Position numbers and translations under genes: made by a program
Notes under the pieces: generated by a model
The model's input: the letters and a program-made list of their open reading frames with translations, nothing else
Told to the model about the DNA's origin: nothing
The model's database searches: none
Source of the DNA: Armatimonadota bacterium
GTDB lineage: Bacteria; Armatimonadota; UBA10988
Length of the DNA: 64,000 nucleotides
Assembly (NCBI GenBank): GCA_016235455.1
Contig: JACRKZ010000067.1
Location: 96,001-160,000, forward strand
Direction: 5' to 3'
Shown here: piece after piece, positions 8,265 to 18,067 of the stretch
Numbering within the stretch: position 1 is the first letter of the stretch
Layout of the letters: each line of letters opens with the position of its first letter

Positions 8265-10799
8265 CTACGCACCGGCACGCTCATAGACCAGCACGCGCAC
8301 GCCCGGCTGCTCGCCGATGGTCACCAGCAGGCCCGCGGCCAGCTCCGCGCCGGTCAGCATGCGCGGCGGCTGGTGCGCGTCCAGGTCAGTGACAGTGTAC
8401 TTCGCCGCGGCGTCAAGCCCGCGCAGCTTCAGGCGACCGGCCTCGTAGAAGCTGTCTTGCCGCCGGAAGACCTGCACCATGCCATCGCCCTGTTCGGGCC
8501 GGTCGAACTGCCAGCCGGCCCACACCGTGGCGTCGCGCGACACCGGCGTCAGTGGGTAGAAGTCGCCGTAATAGTACTTGTTGACCTGCCGCCACTGGCC
8601 ATAGAGCCGCCGTAGCGCCGGATAGTCCAGCCCGCGGTCACGCACATCGATGCCACTGCCCAGGCTCTGTCCCGCGTTGCTCCAGAACGCATAGGGCTCC
8701 ACCGGCGTGCGCCCGCCGCCATAGTAGCCCGCGTTGGCGCAGGCCACCGTGCCCGTACCGTGGTACGGCAGCCAGGTGCTCAGGCCCATCATCATGCACT
8801 GGTGGCCGATGGGCTCGAAGGCGTAGTCGCTGCGCCACAGCGGCACCGCGCGGCGCGCGCACTCCAGGTCCAGTCGGCGGCCGCCGCTGGCGCAATCGTC
8901 GATGAGCATGTCCGGGTGCCGCCGATGCAGCTCGTCCCAGTAGGCCAGGAGCCCCTCGCAATGGCGGATCTCGGTGATGCCTTGCCGGTCCTCGGCGTCG
9001 TGGCCGCGCCAGTAGCCCAGCGGGTCCATGTTGAAATCCTGGCGGTACAGCCCGATGCCCTGCTTGGTGAGCACGCTGTCGATGTGCTCGATGAGCCATT
9101 TGCGCGCCTCGTCGTTGCCCAGGTCCAGCAGGCCGCCAGCCTTGCCGCCGAGCACCCACTCGGGATGGTTGTCGGCCAGCCAGGTGCCGGCCGAGACGCG
9201 TTCCGGCTCGAACCACAGCAGCGTCTTGAACCCGCGCGCCTTCGCATAATCTGAGATGGGCCGCAGCCCGCCGGGGAACCGCGCGGGATCGACTTCCCAG
9301 GTACCCACATGTGGCCAGCCGGCGCCGTTGTGGATGTACCAGCCGGCGTCCATCCACCAGTAGTCGAGCTTGAGCCCTTCCTCCTCGTAGCGGTCGATGA
9401 AGGCCTTCTGGTTGGCCTCGTCAGCCTCGATCATCTCGGCATACTGCCGCGAGCTGGAGGCCACGAACTGCGGCCGGGGCAGCTCGCCGCCGGGCCGCGG
9501 CATCGAATGCGCCATCGTCCAACGGCGCCACACGTTCTGCCCGCGCAACCAGTCGCCGCCCTGCCAGAACTGCAGGACGATGGACGGCGTGCGAATGGAC
9601 TCACCCGGATGCAGCCGGAGATGCGTCAGCTCCATGCCCGCGCGCACCCGTAGCCCGCTGCTCACGTCGCGCGCGAACTCGGCGGCCCACTGACCCGGCC
9701 AGCCCACTGCCAGCACAACGCCGCGCCGGCTGCCATCGCCGTGGGGCGACTCCAGGTTGAAGTACGACCAGTGCTGGTTGGTCGAGCGGCCGCCCGCGCC
9801 GCCAAAACGCGTGGTCGAGCCGCCGCCGAGCACCGTCTCGCGCGGGCTGAAGTCATTCCCGTCAGCCGGCGAGCCGACGTTGTGATGCAGCAGGTACTCG
9901 CCGCCACCAGGCCGATTGAGGTCGACCGCCAGCGCCTGAACCTGCTCCAGCAGCGGCGTATCCTGCTCGCCGGTGTTGGTGAAATGGACCGTCCATTCGA
10001 CCGTGGGGAATCCGGGGTAGGCCACGCCGGCCAGCCGCACCCGCAGGCCCGTAGCCGGATCGGTCCAGGTCTGCTCAGTACCACGGCGCTCGTGCTTCCA
10101 GGTGGGCAGGAGTTCCGACGACGGTTTGCCGCCATAGACGAACGAGAACGGCGGGCCGCCGGCCAGCAGCGCCGCCGCGCGGTCGTCGCGCAGCGGCAGA
10201 TCGCCCAGCCACAGCTCGCGTCCATCGGCCAGCGCGACCTTGGCCTCGGCCCAGTCGGCCTGGTCGCAGGCGATTCCGTCGGGTGTGGTGTCCACCTGCA
10301 GCAGAAACTCGGTCGCGCCGTCGAGCGGCACCTTGACGGCGGCCGGCGGCATCCCTTCGCGCACCGTGCCCGAGCGGAACCGCTCCCCGCCGGCCACGCT
10401 CACGGCGAAGTCGACACTGCCGCGGCCGCCGCTGGTCTGGGAGTTGCTGTCCACGCCGACCAGCGCCGTGAACGTGGCGCCGGGGCCGGGCAGGCGCACC
10501 AGAATGCGGCTCGGCGCATGGCAATAGACGCCGCGCTCGAAGCTCTTGCCGGCCAGCAATAGCGGCTTGCCCTGCCGCGCGTTGAGGCTCGGCGCGTCGT
10601 GGTTGGCCAGGACGGTGAGGCCCGGCTCAAGCTGCGAGCCCGGCGTCTCACCACTCAACCGCGTGGCGGCGAATCGCGCCGCGAAGCCCTGCTCGTCTGG
10701 TGTGACCGTCACAGCCTTGCCCTCCGCGGCCAGCGCCAACGGCGCCAGCGCCGCCAGCGCCAACGGCGCCAGCGCCAGCAGGAACATGGATGGTGCCAT
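8265..10799 (-). CDS. Alpha-galactosidase (GH36) with N-terminal NPCBM/NEW2 domain
   Basis: YWWMDAGW, RFPGGL, LWFEPE, YRQDFN, DDCASGGRRLD; NPCBM GVYCHAPS...DQADWAEA. Start 10799 or 10808. Confidence 0.9.
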   Translation of the reverse strand: MAPSMFLLALAPLALAALAPLALAAEGKAVTVTPDEQGFAARFAATRLSGETPGSQLEPGLTVLANHDAPSLNARQGKPLLLAGKSFERGVYCHAPSRILVRLPGPGATFTALVGVDSNSQTSGGRGSVDFAVSVAGGERFRSGTVREGMPPAAVKVPLDGATEFLLQVDTTPDGIACDQADWAEAKVALADGRELWLGDLPLRDDRAAALLAGGPPFSFVYGGKPSSELLPTWKHERRGTEQTWTDPATGLRVRLAGVAYPGFPTVEWTVHFTNTGEQDTPLLEQVQALAVDLNRPGGGEYLLHHNVGSPADGNDFSPRETVLGGGSTTRFGGAGGRSTNQHWSYFNLESPHGDGSRRGVVLAVGWPGQWAAEFARDVSSGLRVRAGMELTHLRLHPGESIRTPSIVLQFWQGGDWLRGQNVWRRWTMAHSMPRPGGELPRPQFVASSSRQYAEMIEADEANQKAFIDRYEEEGLKLDYWWMDAGWYIHNGAGWPHVGTWEVDPARFPGGLRPISDYAKARGFKTLLWFEPERVSAGTWLADNHPEWVLGGKAGGLLDLGNDEARKWLIEHIDSVLTKQGIGLYRQDFNMDPLGYWRGHDAEDRQGITEIRHCEGLLAYWDELHRRHPDMLIDDCASGGRRLDLECARRAVPLWRSDYAFEPIGHQCMMMGLSTWLPYHGTGTVACANAGYYGGGRTPVEPYAFWSNAGQSLGSGIDVRDRGLDYPALRRLYGQWRQVNKYYYGDFYPLTPVSRDATVWAGWQFDRPEQGDGMVQVFRRQDSFYEAGRLKLRGLDAAAKYTVTDLDAHQPPRMLTGAELAAGLLVTIGEQPGVRVLVYERAGA

Positions 10800-10883
10800 G
10801 GGTCGCATGGTAGCACTTCCCCTGGTGGGGGATTGGCTGTTCGCTGGCGGTCACCTGCCGCGCCGGATGGCCACCAGAACCAC

Positions 10884-11038
10884 GATCGGCGCCGCCAGTG
10901 CCGGACCGCCACGCTCCGGCGTGGCATCGGCCACAGGCGAAGCCGGCGGCCGACCGGATGGCGTCGCCGTTGGGAAGTTCGGGTCTGCGACCCGATGCCA
11001 CGCTGGAGCGTGGCGGTCCGGCACTGGCGGCGCTGATC
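10884..11038. repeat. REP-like inverted-repeat element, copy B (about 47-bp arms)
   Basis: GATCGGCGCCGCCAGTGCCGGACCGCCACGCTCCGGCGTGGCATCGG ... CCGATGCCACGCTGGAGCGTGGCGGTCCGGCACTGGCGGCGCTGATC. Confidence 0.9.
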
Positions 11039-11043
11039 CGTGC

Positions 11044-13797
11044 CTACGCGCCTCTCACCTCGACGGTCCCACTCGGCCCCACCGGCGCGCCACCCCTCAC
11101 GGGCACACGCAGCGTCACCGTCCGCTCGCCCTCGCCGGCGGCGATGGTCACCGCGAACGGCGCCGGCGCGCCGTCGGCCTTGGTGCCCAGCAGCACACCG
11201 TCGACCCACACTTCGGCCGCGCCGCCGAGCTCGGCGAAGCACAGCGCCCCGCCTTGCGCGCGCGCCGCGGCGAACGGCGTGAACTGGGCGCGGAACAGCA
11301 CCCAGCCGTCGCTGGGCAGAGTCTGGCAACCAGTCTCGGGGCGCACCTGGAACCACGAGTTCATGTCACTGTCGGCGATGACCTGCCGCGGGTCAGGCGC
11401 CTCGTTGGTCAGCGGCGACATGCGCCAGCGGCTCACGCGCAGCGTCGGCGGCTCGGGCGCCACCGCTGGCCGCGCCGGAGCGTCGGTCACCGTCAGGCGC
11501 AACTCGTAGCCCCTCAGGCCCTCGGCGTTGGCCGTCAGCACCACCTCGCCCGGCCCGCCGGTGGACTGGATGATGACCTGCGCCAGGCCGGCAAACAGCG
11601 AGCGCTGCCAGCCCTGCTCGGGCTCGTGGCAGGTGGGGTCGCCATTGCCCAGGCCGATGATGCGCGCTGGGCCGCTGATGGTGAAGGTCACCAGGTGGTC
11701 GGCGGTCGGATGCTCGAGCCAGGCGTCGTCGCTGGCCACGGCCCGCACTTCGACCGGCAGCACATGTTCGCCGTCACCCAGCAGCCCGCCGTCGTGCAGC
11801 AGTTGCAGCGCCACGGGCTCGCCCTGCGTCTCGACATACTCCACCAGGCCCGGACCGTGGTCGGGCGCCGAGGCCGTCAGCGTACCCGGCTCATAGGGCA
11901 CCAGCCACTCGGCGGTGCCGTCGGGTGCGACCGTCTGCCGGCCCTGGCTGCGGTGGTTGAGCCGCAGCTCCACCTCCGGCAGCGTGGTGATGACCATGAC
12001 CTTGATCGGCTCGCCCTCGCGGCCGGCCCAGTTCCAGTGCGGCGCGATGCGCAGCATGGGCTCCCTGATCCACTGGACCTGGTGCAGGTAGAAGGCGGTC
12101 TTGGGGAAGCCGCACTGGTCCATGATGCCGAAGAACGACCCGACCACGGGCCACACGTGCGGCGTGGGCTCGCCATGGTAGTCGAAGCCGGTCCAGGTGA
12201 ACCCGCCGGCCAGCCACTCGCGGTCGGCCACCGCGCGCCATCCGGCGCGGTGCGTGGCGCCCCAGGGCGCGGCCTGCGTGTCGTCTTCGGCCATGATGCA
12301 GCGCTCGCTGTCGGTGGTCCAGGCGCCGCGCGTCATGAAGGCCGAGGTGTCCTCGCTGCTGGTAACCGGCAGCGCCGGGTTGGCCGCATGGAAGCGGTCG
12401 TAGGAGTCGATCTGGTAGTTGAACCCGACCACATCCACCGCCTGGCTGACGTTGACCGGCTCGAACAGCCCGCCGTTCATGGCTGCGGTCACCGGCCGAG
12501 TGCGGTCCAGCGCCCTGACCACGCTGGCCATGCGCCGCACCATCTCGTAGCCCACGGGCGAGCCCTGCATAGGCTCCTCGTTGAACACCGACCACAAGAT
12601 GACGCTAGGGTGGTTGCGGTCGCGCCGCACCAGCCATTCGAGCTGCCGCACATACTCGGGCGAGCAGTTGAAGTGGCGGTTCTCGTCCATGACCAACATG
12701 CCCAGCCGGTCGCAGGCGTCCAGTAACTCCACCGATGGCGGGTTGTGGGCACAGCGATAGGCGTTGCAGCCCATCGCCTTGAGCCGGCGGATGCGCCATT
12801 CGACCAGCGCGTCGGGCACCGCCACGCCCACGCCGGCATGGTCCTGATGGTTGCAGGTGCCTTGCAGCTTGACCGGCTGTCCGTTGAGGAAGAAGCCCTG
12901 GTCGGCATCGAAGCGCAGCGTGCGGAACCCACAGGTCGTGGTCACCTCGTCGACCACCGCGCCGTCGACCAGCAACTCGCTGTGCACGCGATACAAGTAC
13001 GGCTCATCGACCGACCACAAGTTCACTGACGGCACATCCAGCACCATGGCGGCCTCGGCCTCGCCGAGCACCGGCACCAGCGCCTGGACCGCGCCGCCGA
13101 CCACCGGCCGCCCGTCGGCGTCGAGCAGTGTCGACCGCACCTGCACCGCCGCGTCGTCGTGTCCGCAGTTGGCCAGCGTCACGCTCACGGGCAAGCGCCA
13201 GCCGTCCCCGCCGCGCACCGGGTCGGCATGCACGCCGTCGGTGACGATATGCACCGGCGCGCGCTTGGTCAGCCAGGTGTGGCGATAGATGCCGCCGCCC
13301 TCATACCACCAGCCCTCCATGGCATTGGCGTCGACGCGCACGGCGATGACGTTGATCGCATCGCCATAGGTGGCGAACGGCGTGATGTCGATGTGGAACG
13401 ACGTGTAGCCGCACCAGTTGCGATGCACCACCGTGCCATTGACCCACACCGTGCAGTGCGTGGCCACGCCATCGAAGCTCAGTTCCAGGTGCCGGCCACG
13501 GTCGGTCTCCTCCAGCCGCAACCGCCGCCGATACCAGGCGATGCCCCGCGGCCGATAGCCTTGGGACGGGTTGGCCTGGGGGTCGAACGGCCCTTCCACC
13601 ACCCAGTCGTGCGGCAGATCGAGCACGCGCCACTCGCTGTCGTCGAAGTCGGGCGCGGCGGCGCCCCAGGCCACGCCGGCCTTGGCGTTCATGTAGGTGT
13701 CGCCGTGACCGTTGAGCGACGGGAACGCGATGTCGCCGAGATGGAAGCTCCAGCCGAGGTCGAGACGGAGGTGGTCGCGGGCGGGTTGATCGGGCAT
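11044..13797 (-). CDS. Beta-galactosidase (GH2)
   Basis: LPHDW, WYEGGGIYR, NHQDHAGVG, RCAHNPP, RDRNHPSVILWSVFNEE, GGFTWTGFDYHGEPTP. Confidence 0.95.
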   Translation of the reverse strand: MPDQPARDHLRLDLGWSFHLGDIAFPSLNGHGDTYMNAKAGVAWGAAAPDFDDSEWRVLDLPHDWVVEGPFDPQANPSQGYRPRGIAWYRRRLRLEETDRGRHLELSFDGVATHCTVWVNGTVVHRNWCGYTSFHIDITPFATYGDAINVIAVRVDANAMEGWWYEGGGIYRHTWLTKRAPVHIVTDGVHADPVRGGDGWRLPVSVTLANCGHDDAAVQVRSTLLDADGRPVVGGAVQALVPVLGEAEAAMVLDVPSVNLWSVDEPYLYRVHSELLVDGAVVDEVTTTCGFRTLRFDADQGFFLNGQPVKLQGTCNHQDHAGVGVAVPDALVEWRIRRLKAMGCNAYRCAHNPPSVELLDACDRLGMLVMDENRHFNCSPEYVRQLEWLVRRDRNHPSVILWSVFNEEPMQGSPVGYEMVRRMASVVRALDRTRPVTAAMNGGLFEPVNVSQAVDVVGFNYQIDSYDRFHAANPALPVTSSEDTSAFMTRGAWTTDSERCIMAEDDTQAAPWGATHRAGWRAVADREWLAGGFTWTGFDYHGEPTPHVWPVVGSFFGIMDQCGFPKTAFYLHQVQWIREPMLRIAPHWNWAGREGEPIKVMVITTLPEVELRLNHRSQGRQTVAPDGTAEWLVPYEPGTLTASAPDHGPGLVEYVETQGEPVALQLLHDGGLLGDGEHVLPVEVRAVASDDAWLEHPTADHLVTFTISGPARIIGLGNGDPTCHEPEQGWQRSLFAGLAQVIIQSTGGPGEVVLTANAEGLRGYELRLTVTDAPARPAVAPEPPTLRVSRWRMSPLTNEAPDPRQVIADSDMNSWFQVRPETGCQTLPSDGWVLFRAQFTPFAAARAQGGALCFAELGGAAEVWVDGVLLGTKADGAPAPFAVTIAAGEGERTVTLRVPVRGGAPVGPSGTVEVRGA

Positions 13798-13920
13798 GTT
13801 GTCGGCTCCGGGGGAGATGGTAGCGGGTGAGGCGGTTGTCGGCTAGGGGCTGTGGCAACTGCGCCTGGCGTCAGCTGCGGATGCCGCGCCGGTCAGTTGG
13901 GCCAGCGGCCGGGCCAGACT

Positions 13921-14240
13921 GGTTACACCGCGCTCCAGCGCGGCCTTGGAGTCCGGCTCGGAGCCAAACGGTGCATCGGTTGTCCAGCCAGTGCCGCCAG
14001 TGCCGGTGCGCCAATCGCCAGATTGGCATCGGCCGGAGGCGCAGCCGCAGGCCGACATCGCGGCGGACCTGTGGCCAACGGTGGTCCTACGGACCACTGC
14101 CAAGCTGGAGATGTCGCCAGCTCTGCCATCTCAGCGTACCGGCGTCAGCGCTGCTGGTCCTCGGCGCTGGAGACGGCCAACGCCGAGTAGAATCGCCATT
14201 CGCTTGGAGGCCGGCATGGCGCCAAGGCGCGGCGAGCCCG
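13921..14240. repeat. Composite REP-like element, copy C (13986-14210), nested in a degenerate outer REP pair
   Basis: About 225 bp matching the reverse complement of 50543-50770; outer arm CCGCGCTCCAGCGCGGCCTTGG near 13928 and CCAAGGCGCGG near 14222. Confidence 0.8.
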
Positions 14241-14254
14241 GACTGGCCCCGACT

Positions 14255-15265
14255 CTAGCGCAGCCACTTCTCGTCGATCTCGAAGGCGTCGATAAGCGGG
14301 GTGGAATCCGAGATGGGCATCTGATTCCAGCGTCCACGCCACGGCTGCGGCGGCACGCGGTCGGGTTGGTACGACAGCCCGCCGCCGTCCAGCCCGATGG
14401 CCATGCCCACGGTCAGCCGCCAACGGCCGGCGAACAGCCATCCCTCCCACTCCGGCGCGCCGAGCAAAGCCGCCACCTCGGCTCGCGAGCGGCCCAGCAA
14501 GCGCCCGCTCGCGATCAGGTCGAGAGCCAGGGCCACGCGTCGGCCCGGCTCCTGCCGCCAGAGCGCCGCGTCGAACGATCGGCGCGCGGGCACCGGGTCC
14601 CGGTCCCTGGCAGTGCGCCACAGCTTCACCTCAACCGCACCCGACCAGGGCGTGTAGAACACCTCCAACAGGGGCGCCGCTGTGTTGCCTGGCGGCGCCA
14701 GTCGGTAGTTCTGCTCAATGGTGCGCGGCCGGTAGCCGAACCGCGGCTCGTCGACCAAGCCGGTGCCGGGCACGGCGCTCACGTAGTCAGGCACCAAGGA
14801 CTGCAGCCGGGGTGGCGGATGCTGATGGTCCTTCTCGTAGCGACCGATGGCCGCGATGAGCGTGTCGGTGCGCGCGTCGAAGCGCACCTTCGCCGCCTCG
14901 TTGCCGCGCCGCGCCGCCCACATGCCCCCCGGCACGCTGGCAACCAGGGCCAGGTGGAAGGCCAGGACGATCCATGCGGCCACCCTGACCGGACGACCGC
15001 GCCGCCGAGCCCACGACCGCAGACAGAGCAAACAGAGCCCGCCGGCTAGCCCGCCGAAGAATGGGTACACGCAGAGAAGGCCCTCAAAGCCGATGCCGCC
15101 GTTCTTGAGTTCCCGGCCCTGCCAGGCACCCACCACCATGCGCAGCCACATCAGCTCCACCGCGGCGAGCCCTGAGCACCAGGCGACAGCAACCAGGCCG
15201 GCACACACCAGGACGATGGCGCGGAAGACGCGCCCGACCTGATCTCTTCGCAATGTCGTCGCCAT
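14255..15265 (-). CDS. Membrane protein: three TM segments, a pseudopilin-like motif and an SmpA/OmlA-like segment
   Basis: AGGAG RBS before MATTLRR; LIAAIGRYEKDHQHPPPRLQSLVPDY; FDAALW...LLGRSRAEVAALLGAP. Confidence 0.6.
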   Translation of the reverse strand: MATTLRRDQVGRVFRAIVLVCAGLVAVAWCSGLAAVELMWLRMVVGAWQGRELKNGGIGFEGLLCVYPFFGGLAGGLCLLCLRSWARRRGRPVRVAAWIVLAFHLALVASVPGGMWAARRGNEAAKVRFDARTDTLIAAIGRYEKDHQHPPPRLQSLVPDYVSAVPGTGLVDEPRFGYRPRTIEQNYRLAPPGNTAAPLLEVFYTPWSGAVEVKLWRTARDRDPVPARRSFDAALWRQEPGRRVALALDLIASGRLLGRSRAEVAALLGAPEWEGWLFAGRWRLTVGMAIGLDGGGLSYQPDRVPPQPWRGRWNQMPISDSTPLIDAFEIDEKWLR

Positions 15266-15368
15266 GGCCAAGCTCCTGCTCGGGGCGGGTCGCGGTCGCC
15301 CCAGCGGCCGCGGCATCCGGCGCCTGCCCGAACAACCAACGTGCGACGACGGCGGATCCGCCACCGAG

Positions 15369-16901
15369 TCACCGCCGCCGCCGTGGCCCCAGCCAGCCGG
15401 TGCAGCCTGAGCGGCCCTCCGGCCGCGCTCCAGGCGCCGCCGGCATCGGCGGAACGGGCCCGACAAACCCGCTCAGTCCGCTGGCCCGCGCGATCTGGGC
15501 GTAGACCGGCCAGGTGGAGTCCGGGTCGATCCTGGCCGCCTGGCGAATGCGTTCCCAGGCCTCCTCCTTGCGACCGAGCTCCAGGGCGCACAGCGCCAGC
15601 GCCTGCAACGCCGGCGCCGAGCCCGGCTGCAGCTCGACCGCCCGGCGGTAACGGGCGATCGCCTCCTCGCGGCGACCCAGCTCACACAGCACGTTGGCGC
15701 TGACGATCCAGGCCTCGGCCTCGGTTGGCGTCGCGGCCAGCCACTCCTCGCACTTGGCCAGAGCGGCCTCCGGCTCGCCAAGCCGGAGCAACCAGAGCGC
15801 CCAGTCGGCGTAGACTGGCGCCCAGCCCGGGCGGATGGCCAGCGCCGCGGCGAACTTGCCGGTAGCGGCTTCCCAGTCACCGCGCATGGCCAGGCACAGG
15901 CCCCACAGATGCAGCGACGGGTAGAGGCGCGGCTGGACAGCCAGCGCGGCCCGGAGCCGCTCTTCGGCGCGGACCAGGTCGCCATCGACCAGTGCCCTGC
16001 GCCCCAGGTGGTGGAGAGCGATGGCATCGCGCGGGTCGGCCGCAAGCGCCTGCTCGAACCACCGCTCGGCCTCGCCCGGCGTGCCCTGTCGCACAGCGTG
16101 GAGGCCCCGCGACCGCAGCGCCACGCCGCAGCTCGCGTCGGCTTCGAGCGACCTGCGCAGCGACTCCAGTCCAGCCGTCTCACGGCCGTCAGCCAGCAAT
16201 GCGCTGCCGCGCCAGGCCCAGGCCTCCGCGTCGCTTGGGTTGAGGGCGAGCGCGCGCTCATAGTGCTCGATGGCGCCTGCGAGGTCGCCCTGCGTTTGGT
16301 GCGTTGTGCCGACAACCACGAGTGTGCTCACGTCGTCCGGCACGATACCGAGGGCCGCATGGTACTTGGCCAAGGCGCCGTCAAGGTCCCCTGCGTCGAA
16401 CAGCGCATGGCCCCAGCAGAGCAGCGCGGACCAGTGCCCTGGATCAGCCGCCAAGGCCGCTCGGCACTTGGCGATGGCGCCTTCGGCATCACCCAGGCGC
16501 TGTAGAGCCGAGCCCCATTCGCAGAGGGCGCGAGCATCGCCCGGGTCGCGAGCCACGAGTTCCGACAGGATGGGCACGGCAAGCTCCGGCTCGCGCGCTG
16601 CGGTGTGCTGCACGGCGATGCTCAGCAGCACTTCGGGGGCGGCCTGGCCGTCATGCTCTTCACCCCACGCCGCCGCCTCGCGTAGCAGTGCCATCACCTC
16701 GGCGCGCCGGCCCACGCCGGCCTCGGCGGCGATCAACTTGGCCTCGTACAGCCGCTCGAAATCCACGTCCCCGTTCGCCGAAGCCCAGTCAGTCAACTGC
16801 CGGAGCCGCCGAGTCCACGCCTGCGGGTCGTTGCGCCAGCGGGGTTCGGCTTCGAGATAGGCATCTCTGTAGCGGGCCAGCCGTGCGGCTCGGTCAGTCA
16901 T
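15369..16901 (-). CDS. Tetratricopeptide repeat protein
   Basis: About 11 tandem TPR-like units (A...Y.RALAL.P.DA.AW); GGAGG RBS. Confidence 0.85.
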   Translation of the reverse strand: MTDRAARLARYRDAYLEAEPRWRNDPQAWTRRLRQLTDWASANGDVDFERLYEAKLIAAEAGVGRRAEVMALLREAAAWGEEHDGQAAPEVLLSIAVQHTAAREPELAVPILSELVARDPGDARALCEWGSALQRLGDAEGAIAKCRAALAADPGHWSALLCWGHALFDAGDLDGALAKYHAALGIVPDDVSTLVVVGTTHQTQGDLAGAIEHYERALALNPSDAEAWAWRGSALLADGRETAGLESLRRSLEADASCGVALRSRGLHAVRQGTPGEAERWFEQALAADPRDAIALHHLGRRALVDGDLVRAEERLRAALAVQPRLYPSLHLWGLCLAMRGDWEAATGKFAAALAIRPGWAPVYADWALWLLRLGEPEAALAKCEEWLAATPTEAEAWIVSANVLCELGRREEAIARYRRAVELQPGSAPALQALALCALELGRKEEAWERIRQAARIDPDSTWPVYAQIARASGLSGFVGPVPPMPAAPGARPEGRSGCTGWLGPRRRR

Positions 16902-17178
16902 CAGCCTCCCCCAGGTTCGATGATCAGGGGATACGCGACCACGGTGATATGGCCTTCATATTGCTCCCCTCCCACCCAACCCAAGCCACCTGGCGCAGGC
17001 CCTCTGCCCGCGCGAGCTCGGACCGGGCACTCCGGCCGCCTGCCTCGCGCCGTTGTTTCCTATGGCGATACAGGGAACTTATCTGTGTACTTATAGGAAA
17101 TTGCCTGAGGCCGATTCTGCCACCGCCCACGCCAGATGCTGATGTGTCGATGCGCTTGCAGGAACAGCAGAAGTGCAC

Positions 17179-17232
17179 TTGACAACCATAGTCGGTGTGG
17201 CGCATAACAGTCACCATGTGATATCTGATCAC
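17179..17232 (+). promoter_or_regulatory. Promoter and candidate operator of prepilin-like gene 1
   Basis: TTGACA (17179-84), 18 nt, CATAAC (17203-08); inverted repeat GTGAT-N5-ATCAC at 17218-17232 before the AGGAG RBS. Confidence 0.5.
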
Positions 17233-17247
17233 GATAGGAGACGCATC

Positions 17248-17937
17248 ATGAGTCGCAGACGAGCATTCACCCTCATCGAGCTGCTGGTGGTGATCGCGAT
17301 CATCGCCATTCTGGCGGCCATCCTCTTCCCCGTCTTCGCCAAGGCTCGCGAGAAGGCGAGGACCTCCAGTTGCGCCAGCAACGAGAAGCAACTGGTGCTG
17401 GGCCTCATTCAGTACAGCCAGGACTACGACGAGAAGTGGCCCGGCCGCGCCATCAACACCGAGGACTACCAGTGGCGCGTGCTGGTTCAGCCGTACCTGA
17501 AGAGCTCCCAGGTCTTCGTCTGCCCGTCCAACACCGCCAACGAGTGGGGCACGGGTGGCAACCAGGGCAACACGTACCGTCGCTCCTATGCCTGCAACGG
17601 CCATGACGCCTTCAACACGCCCATGCGCTGGAACAATGGACAGGCACTGGCGGCGCTGGTGGCGCCTTCCCAGACCATCCTGGTCTGCGAGAGCCGCGAG
17701 TGGTGGACGGAGATGAACCTGGACTATGTCGGCGCGAACTGGACCGGCCGCGGCCCGTCGCTGTTCTCCAGCCACATGTCCATGGGTAACTACGGCTTCT
17801 GCGATGGTCACGTCAAGGCCATGAAGGCCAGCCAGACTGCCACCACCACGATCTTCATGTGGGACCAGAACCCGCAGCAGGCCGCTCCGGCCAACATCAT
17901 CGCCAACATGCAGTCGGTGGACCAGCAGTCGCAGTAG
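17248..17937 (+). CDS. Prepilin-type N-methylation / H-X9-DG (DUF1559-like) protein 1
   Basis: [58 protein letters not shown]. Confidence 0.92.
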   Translation: MSRRRAFTLIELLVVIAIIAILAAILFPVFAKAREKARTSSCASNEKQLVLGLIQYSQDYDEKWPGRAINTEDYQWRVLVQPYLKSSQVFVCPSNTANEWGTGGNQGNTYRRSYACNGHDAFNTPMRWNNGQALAALVAPSQTILVCESREWWTEMNLDYVGANWTGRGPSLFSSHMSMGNYGFCDGHVKAMKASQTATTTIFMWDQNPQQAAPANIIANMQSVDQQSQ

Positions 17938-17966
17938 CGCTGACCCAGCTACCGGCAAGGTCCGTT

Positions 17967-17999
17967 GCGCGGCCCCGCATCGATGATGCGGGGCCGCGC
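17967..17999 (+). terminator. Terminator-like hairpin
   Basis: 15-bp perfect stem GCGCGGCCCCGCATC-gat-GATGCGGGGCCGCGC, followed by a short T run. Confidence 0.6.
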
Positions 18000-18067
18000 G
18001 CATTTCTGGCCGCCGCCGCCGCCGCACCCACTCCCCATCTCCACCAATCCACGCTAAACTGCCACGC

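Noticed and set aside
17056-17100. AT-rich inverted repeat TTTCCTAT...ATAGGAAA as an ncRNA
   Set aside because: Only a short imperfect stem in a divergent promoter region, with no family features.
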